Virus record (IMG/VR): IMGVR_UViG_3300028275_000480
Location: 1 to 64,000 of that record
Source: a virus
Lineage: Duplodnaviria > Heunggongvirae > Uroviricota > Caudoviricetes
Length of the DNA: 64,000 nucleotides
Strand: one strand, 5' to 3'
Shown here: one piece after another, positions 8,241 to 15,573 of the stretch
Numbering within the stretch: position 1 is the first letter of the stretch
Layout: each line of letters starts with the position of its first letter
Notes under the pieces: model-generated
The model's input: the letters and a program-made list of their open reading frames with translations, nothing else
Told to the model about the DNA's origin: nothing
The model's database searches: none
Position numbers and translations under genes: made by a program

Positions 8241-9326
8241 TTAATTCTCCATCGCTTTCAAAACATACTTACCAAAACGCTTGTGGAACTCGTCAAAGCT
8301 CTTCATCTTTGTAGCGTCCAACGGCAAGTCGTAGTTGGTAAGAGCAGTCTTAGCACCCATGACCACAATCTCAGTTGGGAAATTGTCCATCATGTAGCGG
8401 AAGAAGTTGTCTGCCTGAGCATCCCAATCTTTAACCTTTTTCTCTGCACGGTCTTTCAACTCGTAGCACAATGAAACGGTCAAAGAATACATCGCTGACA
8501 CTTCCTTGATCTGAAGGTCCTTGACCTTGCCAATAAGGATGTCTTCTGCCTTAGGCAATTTGCCAGCAATCTTACGGTGAGCCATAAACTTAACAGCCAA
8601 GCCGTCACCAATAGCACCACTTACCAATGTAGACAAAGTATCTTCGTCAACACCGTCATCACCTAACAGGTCGCTGACGAAACTCCAAGAACGAGGAGTA
8701 GCAAATGACTTGCTAGGGCTCTTAGGATCGAAGTCATACAAGTCTTGCTTGGCAAAACCCACATAACCTACAACCTCAGGATGCACCTTGTTAAGGGTAG
8801 CCCAATCTTGCCAGTCATCAAAGTCCACCTTCATTTCCAAGTGCAGGAAGCGGTTAGCCAACGGAGCAGGCATACGATAGGTAACACCACGGTCACCTTC
8901 ACGGTTACCAGCGGCGACTACGTCAACACCCTTAGGCAGAACATAGGTACCAACACGACGGTTCAGCACCAACTGATAGGCCGCGGCCTGAACAGCAGGA
9001 GGAGCAGAGTTCAATTCATCCAAGAAGATGATAGCAGTGGACTCTGGGTCAATGGGCAGTTCTGCGGGAGGAGCCCAAACCATCTTGCCCTGGTCTGCGT
9101 TGTAATACGGAATACCTTTGATGTCGGTGGGTTCCCAAAGTGCTAGGCGCACATCAATAACCTCACGGTTGGAATCATCACCGATCTGCTTCACGAGATC
9201 GGACTTACCAATACCTGGAGGGCCCCACAGGAATACAGGACGACGCATTTTAATTGCGTGACGGATTGCTTTTTTGGCACCCTTAGGGCCAACTTGACGG
9301 ACGGAAACGTCTTGTGCTTTTGCCAT
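8241..9326 (-). CDS. cobS: AAA+ ATPase, MoxR/CobS-like
   Basis: Walker A GPPGIGKS and Walker B IIFLDE; about 360 aa, typical CobS size; paired with the vWA protein. Confidence 0.8.
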   Translation of the reverse strand: MAKAQDVSVRQVGPKGAKKAIRHAIKMRRPVFLWGPPGIGKSDLVKQIGDDSNREVIDVRLALWEPTDIKGIPYYNADQGKMVWAPPAELPIDPESTAIIFLDELNSAPPAVQAAAYQLVLNRRVGTYVLPKGVDVVAAGNREGDRGVTYRMPAPLANRFLHLEMKVDFDDWQDWATLNKVHPEVVGYVGFAKQDLYDFDPKSPSKSFATPRSWSFVSDLLGDDGVDEDTLSTLVSGAIGDGLAVKFMAHRKIAGKLPKAEDILIGKVKDLQIKEVSAMYSLTVSLCYELKDRAEKKVKDWDAQADNFFRYMMDNFPTEIVVMGAKTALTNYDLPLDATKMKSFDEFHKRFGKYVLKAMEN

Positions 9327-9378
9327 TCTAGACCTCGCTAATAAAAAGAGTTAAAACAATTACTTTCCCAGTATCATT

Positions 9379-9407
9379 ATTGTAGCACCTCTTGGTGCAG
9401 TTGTCAA
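9379..9407 (-). promoter_or_regulatory. sigma70-like promoter (TTGACA / 17 / TACAAT)
   Basis: consensus hexamers. Confidence 0.6.
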
Positions 9408-10051
9408 CCAACTTTTTTAACATAGTTGAGCTGTGTTGTTTTATCGCCACGAACATTCTTGATCTTGCCCTTGATACGGATAGTGCCTTTGACATCATCC
9501 TTGTACCAAAAATCAATAAAGCTCTCACCCATACGAGCAGTGATGCGATACTTGTTGTATTCAGGGTTGAATCGTGTGCGGATCACTTCGATCTCCCCTA
9601 CGATCTCATCACCTACAGCGCCGGAGAGTTGCTCGCTTTGATAGATCTCTCGCTTGAGCTCTGTTTGGGCCTTATCACGACGAGCTACGCTGGGTAAACA
9701 GCTGACAACAGCAAAGTCCAACATATCACGGCCAGTGAACTCGTCTTTGGCTGCAATCTTCATAGCTGTGGTCTCAAAGTCATTGATCTTGCCAGTGAGT
9801 GCTTTGAGGGTGAATGTTTTGAAATAGTTACGATACTCTTGGCCAAGAGTGATCTCTTCTGCTGTAGGCTGAGCATTCTCTCTGAGCCAGTTCTTGACCA
9901 GAACCTTGTTGGCTTGTTTGATCACGTTATTGTAATCGATCCCGTGTGTAGCGGTAGCAGCGAATACAGGCTCTTTGCAGTAGCCGCCATTCTGTGTATC
10001 AGCCCTAACAGCTAGGCCCCAAACTTGATCTGCTGTAAATGTGCTCATCAT
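9404..10051 (-). CDS. hypothetical protein
   Basis: 215-aa ORF with AAGGAGCG RBS and promoter 10072..10100. Confidence 0.6.
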   Translation of the reverse strand: MMSTFTADQVWGLAVRADTQNGGYCKEPVFAATATHGIDYNNVIKQANKVLVKNWLRENAQPTAEEITLGQEYRNYFKTFTLKALTGKINDFETTAMKIAAKDEFTGRDMLDFAVVSCLPSVARRDKAQTELKREIYQSEQLSGAVGDEIVGEIEVIRTRFNPEYNKYRITARMGESFIDFWYKDDVKGTIRIKGKIKNVRGDKTTQLNYVKKVG

Positions 10052-10071
10052 CGCTCCTTAACAATAACTCT

Positions 10072-10100
10072 ATTATACCATCAAACAGCAGTTCTGTCAA
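10072..10100 (-). promoter_or_regulatory. sigma70 consensus promoter (TTGACA / 17 / TATAAT)
   Basis: perfect hexamers. Confidence 0.6.
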
Positions 10101-10145
10101 CCATTTTGGAGAGTGCCGGCCTGTGGCTTTTTTGCAACAAACGGC

Positions 10146-10174
10146 CAAAAAAATAGGGCCCTTAGGACCCTATT
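10146..10174 (-). terminator. rho-independent terminator (hairpin + 7 U)
   Basis: aataggg..ccctatt hairpin followed by a T-run on the minus strand. Confidence 0.55.
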
Positions 10175-10222
10175 CCAAAACCGCCCCGGGAGCGAATCGG
10201 CTTGGTTTTGTGGAGCGACCTA

Positions 10223-10498
10223 TTAAGCCAATGTCATGCCCATGTTACGAGCTAAGTAGCCTAGAGCAACGATCTCGCGTGAAGGACGGCCTAGTTCATA
10301 CTCAGTAACGGTAACACCATTACCTGCCTTGCGAGAGTTAGCATAAACAGCATAACCAGCTTGGCGGAGACGGCTTGCTTCAGCAGCCAGGTTCTTTACG
10401 CCAAAACGCTTCTCAGCTTGGCTTGCAGTTAGTTTGTCACCATTTTGTAGTGCAGTAAAAATCTTAAAAGTCTTTGAGTCTTTAGAGATACGTTTCAT
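10223..10498 (-). CDS. small helix-turn-helix DNA-binding protein (putative regulator)
   Basis: start MKRISK with AAAGGA RBS; promoter 10517..10546 contains a perfect palindrome; the track start is upstream of the promoter. Confidence 0.5.
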   Translation of the reverse strand: MKRISKDSKTFKIFTALQNGDKLTASQAEKRFGVKNLAAEASRLRQAGYAVYANSRKAGNGVTVTEYELGRPSREIVALGYLARNMGMTLA

Positions 10499-10516
10499 GT
10501 CTGTGTTTTCCTTTAT

Positions 10517-10546
10517 GTTATATGGCTGTGTTCCACAGCGTGTCAA
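10517..10546 (-). promoter_or_regulatory. sigma70-like promoter (TTGACA / 18 / TATAAC) with embedded palindrome GCTGTGnnnCACAGC
   Basis: hexamers plus a 6-3-6 perfect inverted repeat at 10525..10539 within the spacer. Confidence 0.5.
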
Positions 10547-10578
10547 TATAGTAGCATTCTTGTTGTAAAATAGCAACC

Positions 10579-10779
10579 TCAATCTTTCCGTTTAATGGAA
10601 ACATTTGCTCGAAAGAATGCGCCGAGCAAGACCACGCTTAACCATGTCCAAAACGTATACGGAATGGCCAACACGGGGAATAGTGTATTCATACTCCAAA
10701 TTACCAGGATAGGACCTACGGCAAAAAAGAATACGATTACAAGCGCCAGCAGGGCAATTGTAAAGATGTTAGTTTTCAT
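10579..10779 (-). CDS. small membrane protein
   Basis: two TM segments; GAGGAG RBS. Confidence 0.5.
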   Translation of the reverse strand: MKTNIFTIALLALVIVFFFAVGPILVIWSMNTLFPVLAIPYTFWTWLSVVLLGAFFRANVSIKRKD

Positions 10780-11011
10780 TTTCATACTCCTCAAGCTCTT
10801 GTGCTTGTTTAAGTTGTTGAATCTCTTGCTCTATGGCACGTTCACGTCGACGGCCGTTAACTGAAGTGCCTCGAGCATAGACCTTCCAGTAGTGATCAGC
10901 GCAGTAGCTAGACCCTTGAACACTAGGACACCCGCAGTAATGAATGGGCCAGTGCTTCAAAGGGTCCTGCTCGGGCCCAATCCAAGTACAGGTCTTAGAC
11001 GGGCCTTCCAT
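10769..11011 (-). CDS. GcrA C-terminal-domain-like protein (Cys/His-rich)
   Basis: CTWIGPEQDP...HYCGCP...SSYCADH resembles the conserved GcrA C-terminal motif; TAATG coupling to the upstream gene. Confidence 0.5.
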   Translation of the reverse strand: MEGPSKTCTWIGPEQDPLKHWPIHYCGCPSVQGSSYCADHYWKVYARGTSVNGRRRERAIEQEIQQLKQAQELEEYENEN

Positions 11012-12084
11012 TAGGCACCTCGCTTCATAACGGTAACTTCTGCCATGCTCTTCCAATTTGTAGGAAAGCTCTTGCGCAGGTCTGCTACCTTGAGTACCGT
11101 ACGCAGGCTCAGCTCACGCATTTGTGCTCGTTTTTCAAGAATGTAATCAATGATCTCATCCTTAACGCAGTCTTCAAACTCGTAGCTGTCCAACATGCCA
11201 TCTTGGGTGATCTGCTTAATGCGCAAGACCTTTTCGCGATCTGTGTCCATTTGAAGATCAATGTAGTGGCAACGGCTTTCAAGAGCGGCAAGGTGATCCT
11301 GCAGTTTCTTAGAACGCACATTCTCAAACTTGATGTTAGTGATAAAGATAGCGCCTGCTTTAAATTCAAAGCGATCTGGCACTCCTTCTGAACGCAGAAC
11401 ACGGCTGTCAGTGTTCCAAGAGATAGTACGCTTCTTGCTAGAGTCCAGAGCAGCCTTCAAAATATTAAGGCTAAGGTCATCCAACAGCACAGAGTCGCAG
11501 TCATCAAACACGATAACATTGCCTTTTTCGCTGTAGTGATAGAGCTTGCTGTACAGACCCACTGCTGACATTGCGCCTTTGACAATCTCATATTTGGGCT
11601 TGCGCTGACCCATCATATCAAAGAGATCGTCCTTGCTTAGTACTTCTTCTACACCAAAGCTCTTGCCCACGCCTGGAGGGCCTGTGACGATCATAGCTCG
11701 CACGGTACCTTCTTTGACTGCTTTGGTCATATCTTTGAGCACGTCAAAACGGTTACGAAGACGTTCGATGATCTGCTCGTCCGTTTCGTGTGCTACGGCA
11801 TTATCTGAAATTTTAATCTGCTCCAAACTTTTATCACCTGCGGGCATTGCTGGCACTTCACCGGCGACAATCATGTAACTTTGTGCTGAACTGCAACGAA
11901 TACGGATCTTACGATCTGGAATGCCAGGGTTAGCAGGCTGTACAGAGCCACCTTCTACGGTTACATAACCACCCTGAGCACCTTCTTTGTATTGCTCTAC
12001 TAGTTCGAAACGGTTACCGGCCATGCTCACATCTGAGCCACGGATCTTATACGAACCCTCACGAATCTCAATTACTGCTGGCAT
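11011..12084 (-). CDS. P-loop AAA-type ATPase
   Basis: Walker A GPPGVGKS and Walker B VIVFDDCD; start MPAVIEI after AGGAGCG RBS, downstream of promoter 12118..12146. Confidence 0.7.
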   Translation of the reverse strand: MPAVIEIREGSYKIRGSDVSMAGNRFELVEQYKEGAQGGYVTVEGGSVQPANPGIPDRKIRIRCSSAQSYMIVAGEVPAMPAGDKSLEQIKISDNAVAHETDEQIIERLRNRFDVLKDMTKAVKEGTVRAMIVTGPPGVGKSFGVEEVLSKDDLFDMMGQRKPKYEIVKGAMSAVGLYSKLYHYSEKGNVIVFDDCDSVLLDDLSLNILKAALDSSKKRTISWNTDSRVLRSEGVPDRFEFKAGAIFITNIKFENVRSKKLQDHLAALESRCHYIDLQMDTDREKVLRIKQITQDGMLDSYEFEDCVKDEIIDYILEKRAQMRELSLRTVLKVADLRKSFPTNWKSMAEVTVMKRGA

Positions 12085-12117
12085 TTTCGCTCCTATGCAT
12101 TTGTTGAACATACCTCT

Positions 12118-12146
12118 ATTATATTACCAAATGAGGCTGTTGTCAA
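12118..12146 (-). promoter_or_regulatory. sigma70 consensus promoter (TTGACA / 17 / TATAAT)
   Basis: perfect hexamers. Confidence 0.6.
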
Positions 12147-12165
12147 CCCCATTCAGTAATAACCC

Positions 12166-12588
12166 TTAATCCTCTAGGGTTTCTGCTTCTGCCAGCACCT
12201 GCTCAAGTGCGCGGTAGGCTCGGCTGTATTCGGAAACATACCACTGATCGTCCGAACGGAAGATATACTCGTATTCTTCGTACTGGTGGTTGGCCTTGTA
12301 GTCCTCAAAGTCCTTGAACACACGAGCTTCACAGCCCGATTCGCCACGATCGCGTCCGTAGGCGTTGCAGACACCCTCAGGGCAGTTGTCCCAATCGTGC
12401 GGTTCTCCGATGCTAGGAGCTAAGGAGCTGATATCGCCCAGATACATGAGTGCCAAAACCTTAGCGCGATCACGATAGTGCTCCTGAAGGATCTCTCCGT
12501 TGTGATCAAGGTAACCGTCCCAGTGGCAGTAGATCTGCATTACGCGACCGTCGGGTTGCTCCATTGCAATAGTGCTTCGAGTAGCCAT
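12166..12588 (-). CDS. hypothetical protein
   Basis: 140-aa ORF with AAGGAGCG RBS. Confidence 0.6.
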   Translation of the reverse strand: MATRSTIAMEQPDGRVMQIYCHWDGYLDHNGEILQEHYRDRAKVLALMYLGDISSLAPSIGEPHDWDNCPEGVCNAYGRDRGESGCEARVFKDFEDYKANHQYEEYEYIFRSDDQWYVSEYSRAYRALEQVLAEAETLED

Positions 12589-12617
12589 TTCACGCTCCTT
12601 TGTGTTAATGTGTGTCT

Positions 12618-12646
12618 ATTGTACTATAAACGGGGGCTGTTGTCAA
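12618..12646 (-). promoter_or_regulatory. sigma70-like promoter (TTGACA / 17 / TACAAT) nested in a terminator-like hairpin
   Basis: -35 sits in the loop of a 9-bp inverted repeat aaacggggg/cccccgttt (12628..12656). Confidence 0.55.
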
Positions 12647-12660
12647 CCCCCGTTTTGTGC

Positions 12661-12999
12661 TTATGCAAACAAGTTAAACTTTGCATCCCACGCAGCAATA
12701 AAGCCCTCTCCCACGTCTAAGCTAACGTAGTTGTCTCCCTGCATGCCTTGCTCGCTGTAGTCGCAGTCGTCAGTTAGTTCTTGTGCAATTAAAAAATTGC
12801 GCAGTTCTTCAATAAAGTTGCTGTCTGTGTAAATGAGACCGTCTTTGTTAACGTCCCAAAACTTAGTGTTAAAGTAAACACGCAGCTCGCCAAAATCTCT
12901 CTCGTCGTTAATGTAGGCAAGTTGCATGTCTACAATGTGTACAGGCTTTGCTACGTTGCTCCACAAGCCGTCGCCTGCTGTGCTAAAAAGTGTCTGCAT
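12661..12999 (-). CDS. hypothetical protein
   Basis: 112-aa ORF with AAGGAGCG RBS. Confidence 0.6.
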   Translation of the reverse strand: MQTLFSTAGDGLWSNVAKPVHIVDMQLAYINDERDFGELRVYFNTKFWDVNKDGLIYTDSNFIEELRNFLIAQELTDDCDYSEQGMQGDNYVSLDVGEGFIAAWDAKFNLFA

Positions 13000-13026
13000 A
13001 TCGCGCTCCTTTGTTGCTAAGTCTCT

Positions 13027-13055
13027 ATTGTATGCTCACGCAGCCAATTTGTCAA
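13027..13055 (-). promoter_or_regulatory. sigma70-like promoter (TTGACA / 17 / TACAAT)
   Basis: consensus hexamers. Confidence 0.6.
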
Positions 13056-13401
13056 CCTCTACACGCAATAACCCTTCAATAAGGCCGGGTAATTGTCGTT
13101 TGGCTTCTTCCTCTGCTTGCCAGATCATCTCGTCAGCCATACCATCACGCAGCACATCGCGAGCATCTTCGTAGAGGAACCCTCCACAGATCTCTGAGCC
13201 CAGTTCCAGATCATTGTACATGACGCGAGCTCTGAGCATAAACCAATCCAAATCGCCCCTGTTAACCTTACGTTCCAGGTCCTCTACATCACAGCAGCTT
13301 TCATCAAAGAGATCGCGAATAGAGCAGTCTTCCCAGGTCTTGTCCACGATCACGGTTAGACCATTACGCTGCTCGCGCAGCAGTTCGTCCCAGTACCTCA
13401 T
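13036..13401 (-). CDS. hypothetical protein
   Basis: 121-aa ORF with AAGGAGG RBS. Confidence 0.6.
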   Translation of the reverse strand: MRYWDELLREQRNGLTVIVDKTWEDCSIRDLFDESCCDVEDLERKVNRGDLDWFMLRARVMYNDLELGSEICGGFLYEDARDVLRDGMADEMIWQAEEEAKRQLPGLIEGLLRVEVDKLAA

Positions 13402-13574
13402 GCGGCCTCCTTGATAGCTTCATCGACTAATTTGTGGCAGGTGTTCAGGGTCAACATCATCACGTGTGCAGCCAGCGCAGCTTCCTGGCCTGTGAACTGA
13501 TTGATCATATCCTGCAGCTCGTTGAGATCTGCGGGTGTGTGCCAAATGTTGCTAGAAGGGATTGGGTTAGTCAT
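13398..13574 (-). CDS. hypothetical small protein
   Basis: start MTNPIP with AAGGAGCG RBS, downstream of promoter 13603..13631. Confidence 0.45.
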   Translation of the reverse strand: MTNPIPSSNIWHTPADLNELQDMINQFTGQEAALAAHVMMLTLNTCHKLVDEAIKEAA

Positions 13575-13602
13575 AGGTCGCTCCTTAACGTTGTAAGCCT
13601 GT

Positions 13603-13631
13603 ATTATACTGCCAAAATTCCTAGTTGTCAA
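13603..13631 (-). promoter_or_regulatory. sigma70 consensus promoter (TTGACA / 17 / TATAAT)
   Basis: perfect hexamers. Confidence 0.6.
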
Positions 13632-13634
13632 CCC

Positions 13635-13889
13635 CTACATGCTCCAGTAGGTCTCGCTGGCTGCTGAACAGCAATGTGGGGTATCGTAACGTTCCTGATA
13701 GGGCAAGCCCGTCATAAGGTTAGTCTTTGTAACCCAAGTCTCGTGAAACTCTACGATGTAGCGTGGACGACGTGGGTACATGCGCTCCATTTGGGCCCAG
13801 CTCACGTCTGTGTAGTCCTGCTTCATTACTAGTACTCGGCCCGCTTTGCAGCGACGATCTATACGATACATTTCTACGGTCAAGTCCAT
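13635..13889 (-). CDS. hypothetical protein
   Basis: 84-aa ORF with AGGAGA RBS. Confidence 0.5.
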   Translation of the reverse strand: MDLTVEMYRIDRRCKAGRVLVMKQDYTDVSWAQMERMYPRRPRYIVEFHETWVTKTNLMTGLPYQERYDTPHCCSAASETYWSM

Positions 13890-13890
13890 G

Positions 13891-14211
13891 TTAGTCTCCT
13901 CGTGTGTCTGTGTTTAGTGTAGGGCCTACCAGTCTGCGGATTTCTACTTCGCGCTTATGGGCCAGGGCTTTGCCACGAACAATCTCGTGAACAATGATTT
14001 CAATTTCTTCTTTGCTGTTGAGCTTGCGTAGAGCTGAGCAAAGCAGCCAATTCTTAGTTTCTGTTTTGGCACGATAGAAGTGCTTGGCAGCACGAGCGCG
14101 AACACTCTTATTAATAGTTGATTCAGTCTTGGCTGTGACACCAATGTAGTTCTCACCGTTAACACGTAGTTCATAGATGATGTGATTACGATCTGATCTC
14201 TTTGCTCGCAT
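13891..14211 (-). CDS. GIY-YIG nuclease domain protein (short)
   Basis: IYELRVNGENYIGVT motif; start MRAKRS with AAGGAGCG RBS, downstream of promoter 14236..14264. Confidence 0.5.
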   Translation of the reverse strand: MRAKRSDRNHIIYELRVNGENYIGVTAKTESTINKSVRARAAKHFYRAKTETKNWLLCSALRKLNSKEEIEIIVHEIVRGKALAHKREVEIRRLVGPTLNTDTRGD

Positions 14212-14235
14212 TCGCCGCTCCTTCAACATATGTAT

Positions 14236-14264
14236 ATTGTACGATCTCTGCGCCAAAATGTCAA
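14236..14264 (-). promoter_or_regulatory. sigma70-like promoter (TTGACA / 17 / TACAAT)
   Basis: consensus hexamers. Confidence 0.6.
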
Positions 14265-14297
14265 CCAATTTTGTCTAAGACCCTAGAGGGCCTAGGG

Positions 14298-14426
14298 TTA
14301 TTTGACGTGATCCTCGATTAGCTGCGCGAGTGCAGCAATTGCGTCTTGCTGTTCTTCGTCATCTAAATTTGTGTGCTGCTGTAGCGAGGCTAACGCAGCG
14401 TAGAACTTTTGCTGTAGTGCTGTCAT
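14298..14426 (-). CDS. small hypothetical protein (42 aa)
   Basis: not in the track; AAGGA RBS; promoter 14449..14477. Confidence 0.3.
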   Translation of the reverse strand: MTALQQKFYAALASLQQHTNLDDEEQQDAIAALAQLIEDHVK

Positions 14427-14448
14427 TGCTGTCCTTGTTTAAATGCAT

Positions 14449-14477
14449 ATTGTACACGATCACAGCCGTTTGGACAA
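14449..14477 (-). promoter_or_regulatory. sigma70-like promoter (TTGTCC / 17 / TACAAT)
   Basis: hexamers; overlaps the U-run of the tRNA terminator. Confidence 0.4.
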
Positions 14478-14480
14478 GAA

Positions 14481-14515
14481 AAAACCCTATAGCTGAGTTG
14501 ACTATAGGGTTTCTC
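14481..14515 (-). terminator. rho-independent terminator downstream of tRNA genes
   Basis: aaaccctatag...ctatagggttt hairpin followed by a T-run on the minus strand. Confidence 0.55.
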
Positions 14516-14518
14516 AAG

Positions 14519-14595
<77 letters not shown>

Positions 14596-14600
14596 CTAAC

Positions 14601-14677
14601 TGGCCACGCATAAGGGATTCGAACCCCTGACCCACAGCTTAGAAGGCTGTTGCTCTATCCAACTGAGCTAATGCGTG
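14601..14677 (-). tRNA. tRNA-Arg (anticodon UCU), CCA encoded
   Basis: cloverleaf: acceptor CACGCAT/ATGCGTG, anticodon loop CTTCTAA, T-loop TTCGAAT, 77 nt. Confidence 0.85.
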
Positions 14678-14683
14678 AATTAA

Positions 14684-14860
14684 TTATTGATTGGGTAAGG
14701 TGTCAGTGTCGGGGTCGCGAGCATCAGGATTCCAGCCAGGTTCCCCGTATTTAGGCACCAGCGCAGCACGTTGACGAGCCTGTGCTAGTGCTAGTTCTTC
14801 TGGAGTCATAGCCACTTCCCCGTCCGCTTCCACCGGTTGAACAATCTTTATCCTAGTCAT
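14684..14860 (-). CDS. small hypothetical protein (58 aa)
   Basis: not in the track; AGGTG RBS; ATGA overlap with 14857..15195. Confidence 0.35.
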   Translation of the reverse strand: MTRIKIVQPVEADGEVAMTPEELALAQARQRAALVPKYGEPGWNPDARDPDTDTLPNQ

Positions 14861-15195
14861 AGTTCACCTCTATTCTTAGCTTCACGTAGATCTTCTTCCA
14901 CATCCTCGGCCATACGCTGCTGCATGTCATGAGTCTTGACCATCTTGTACAAGGGATCAAGTCTACGTATAAAAACATCAGGACTAGCTGCTGCTGCACG
15001 ATCTAGATCCCAACGTGAGGGATAGTGGCGCAGCAGACTTCTTGCTGAATCTCGGATCTTTTTGGGTACTCTGGGAGTTTGTGCAGAATCTAATAGTGAT
15101 TCTAGAAAACGCTGTGTTTGCTCTACAGCGCGATAACGTTCATCAGGTAGGGTCATAGAGTCTCTGCTTTTAGATAATAGTCTTTTCTTTTGCAT
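14857..15195 (-). CDS. hypothetical protein
   Basis: 112-aa ORF starting 30 nt after the stop of the DksA/TraR-like gene. Confidence 0.5.
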   Translation of the reverse strand: MQKKRLLSKSRDSMTLPDERYRAVEQTQRFLESLLDSAQTPRVPKKIRDSARSLLRHYPSRWDLDRAAAASPDVFIRRLDPLYKMVKTHDMQQRMAEDVEEDLREAKNRGEL

Positions 15196-15225
15196 ACATG
15201 TACGTGTGTATAGCAGCGGGGCCTA

Positions 15226-15480
15226 TTAGTATCCAGCTCTACGACGCTCAAATAAGCCTTGGCAGTATACGCAGCGTGTACAACCTGGGACCATTTGCTG
15301 TCTAGCCTGTGGAATAGCTTCACCGCAGTCTTCACATTCCTCTAGACTAGGCTGTGATCTTTGACGAGCCAACTCTGCTTGTACAGAATCTATAGCGTTC
15401 TGATTAATGTGTAGACTATGAATCTGAGCCATTTCGGCTTCTTCTTCATTGTTATATTCAAATACTTCTCTTTGTGTCAT
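15226..15480 (-). CDS. DksA/TraR-family C4 zinc-finger protein
   Basis: CEDCGEAIPQARQQMVPGCTRCVYCQ (CxxC-17-CxxC); start MTQREV lies 7 nt after the -10, so possibly leaderless. Confidence 0.55.
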   Translation of the reverse strand: MTQREVFEYNNEEEAEMAQIHSLHINQNAIDSVQAELARQRSQPSLEECEDCGEAIPQARQQMVPGCTRCVYCQGLFERRRAGY

Positions 15481-15487
15481 ATGCGAT

Positions 15488-15516
15488 ATTATATAGTCAT
15501 TACGTGAGTATGTCAA
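15488..15516 (-). promoter_or_regulatory. sigma70 consensus promoter (TTGACA / 17 / TATAAT)
   Basis: perfect hexamers immediately upstream of the ATG at 15480. Confidence 0.6.
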
Positions 15517-15573
15517 CCACAATCTACAGCAGCGGGGCCACTTTGCGCCTACCGTAGACTGGTTTAAGAGCAC

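Noticed and set aside
8103-9146. Plus-strand ORFs 8103..8474 and 8745..9146 within the MoxR ATPase locus
   Set aside because: They are antisense to a strongly supported gene, and the first spans the promoter and terminator.
9328-9697. ORFs 9328..9528 (-), 9392..9697 (+) and 9426..9641 (+)
   Set aside because: They overlap promoter 9379..9407 and the 3' end of gene 9404..10051 in other frames.
15153-15335. Minus-strand 60-aa ORF spanning the junction between the DksA-like gene and gene 14857..15195
   Set aside because: It is out of frame with both flanking, well-supported genes and crosses the GCAGCGGGGCC motif.
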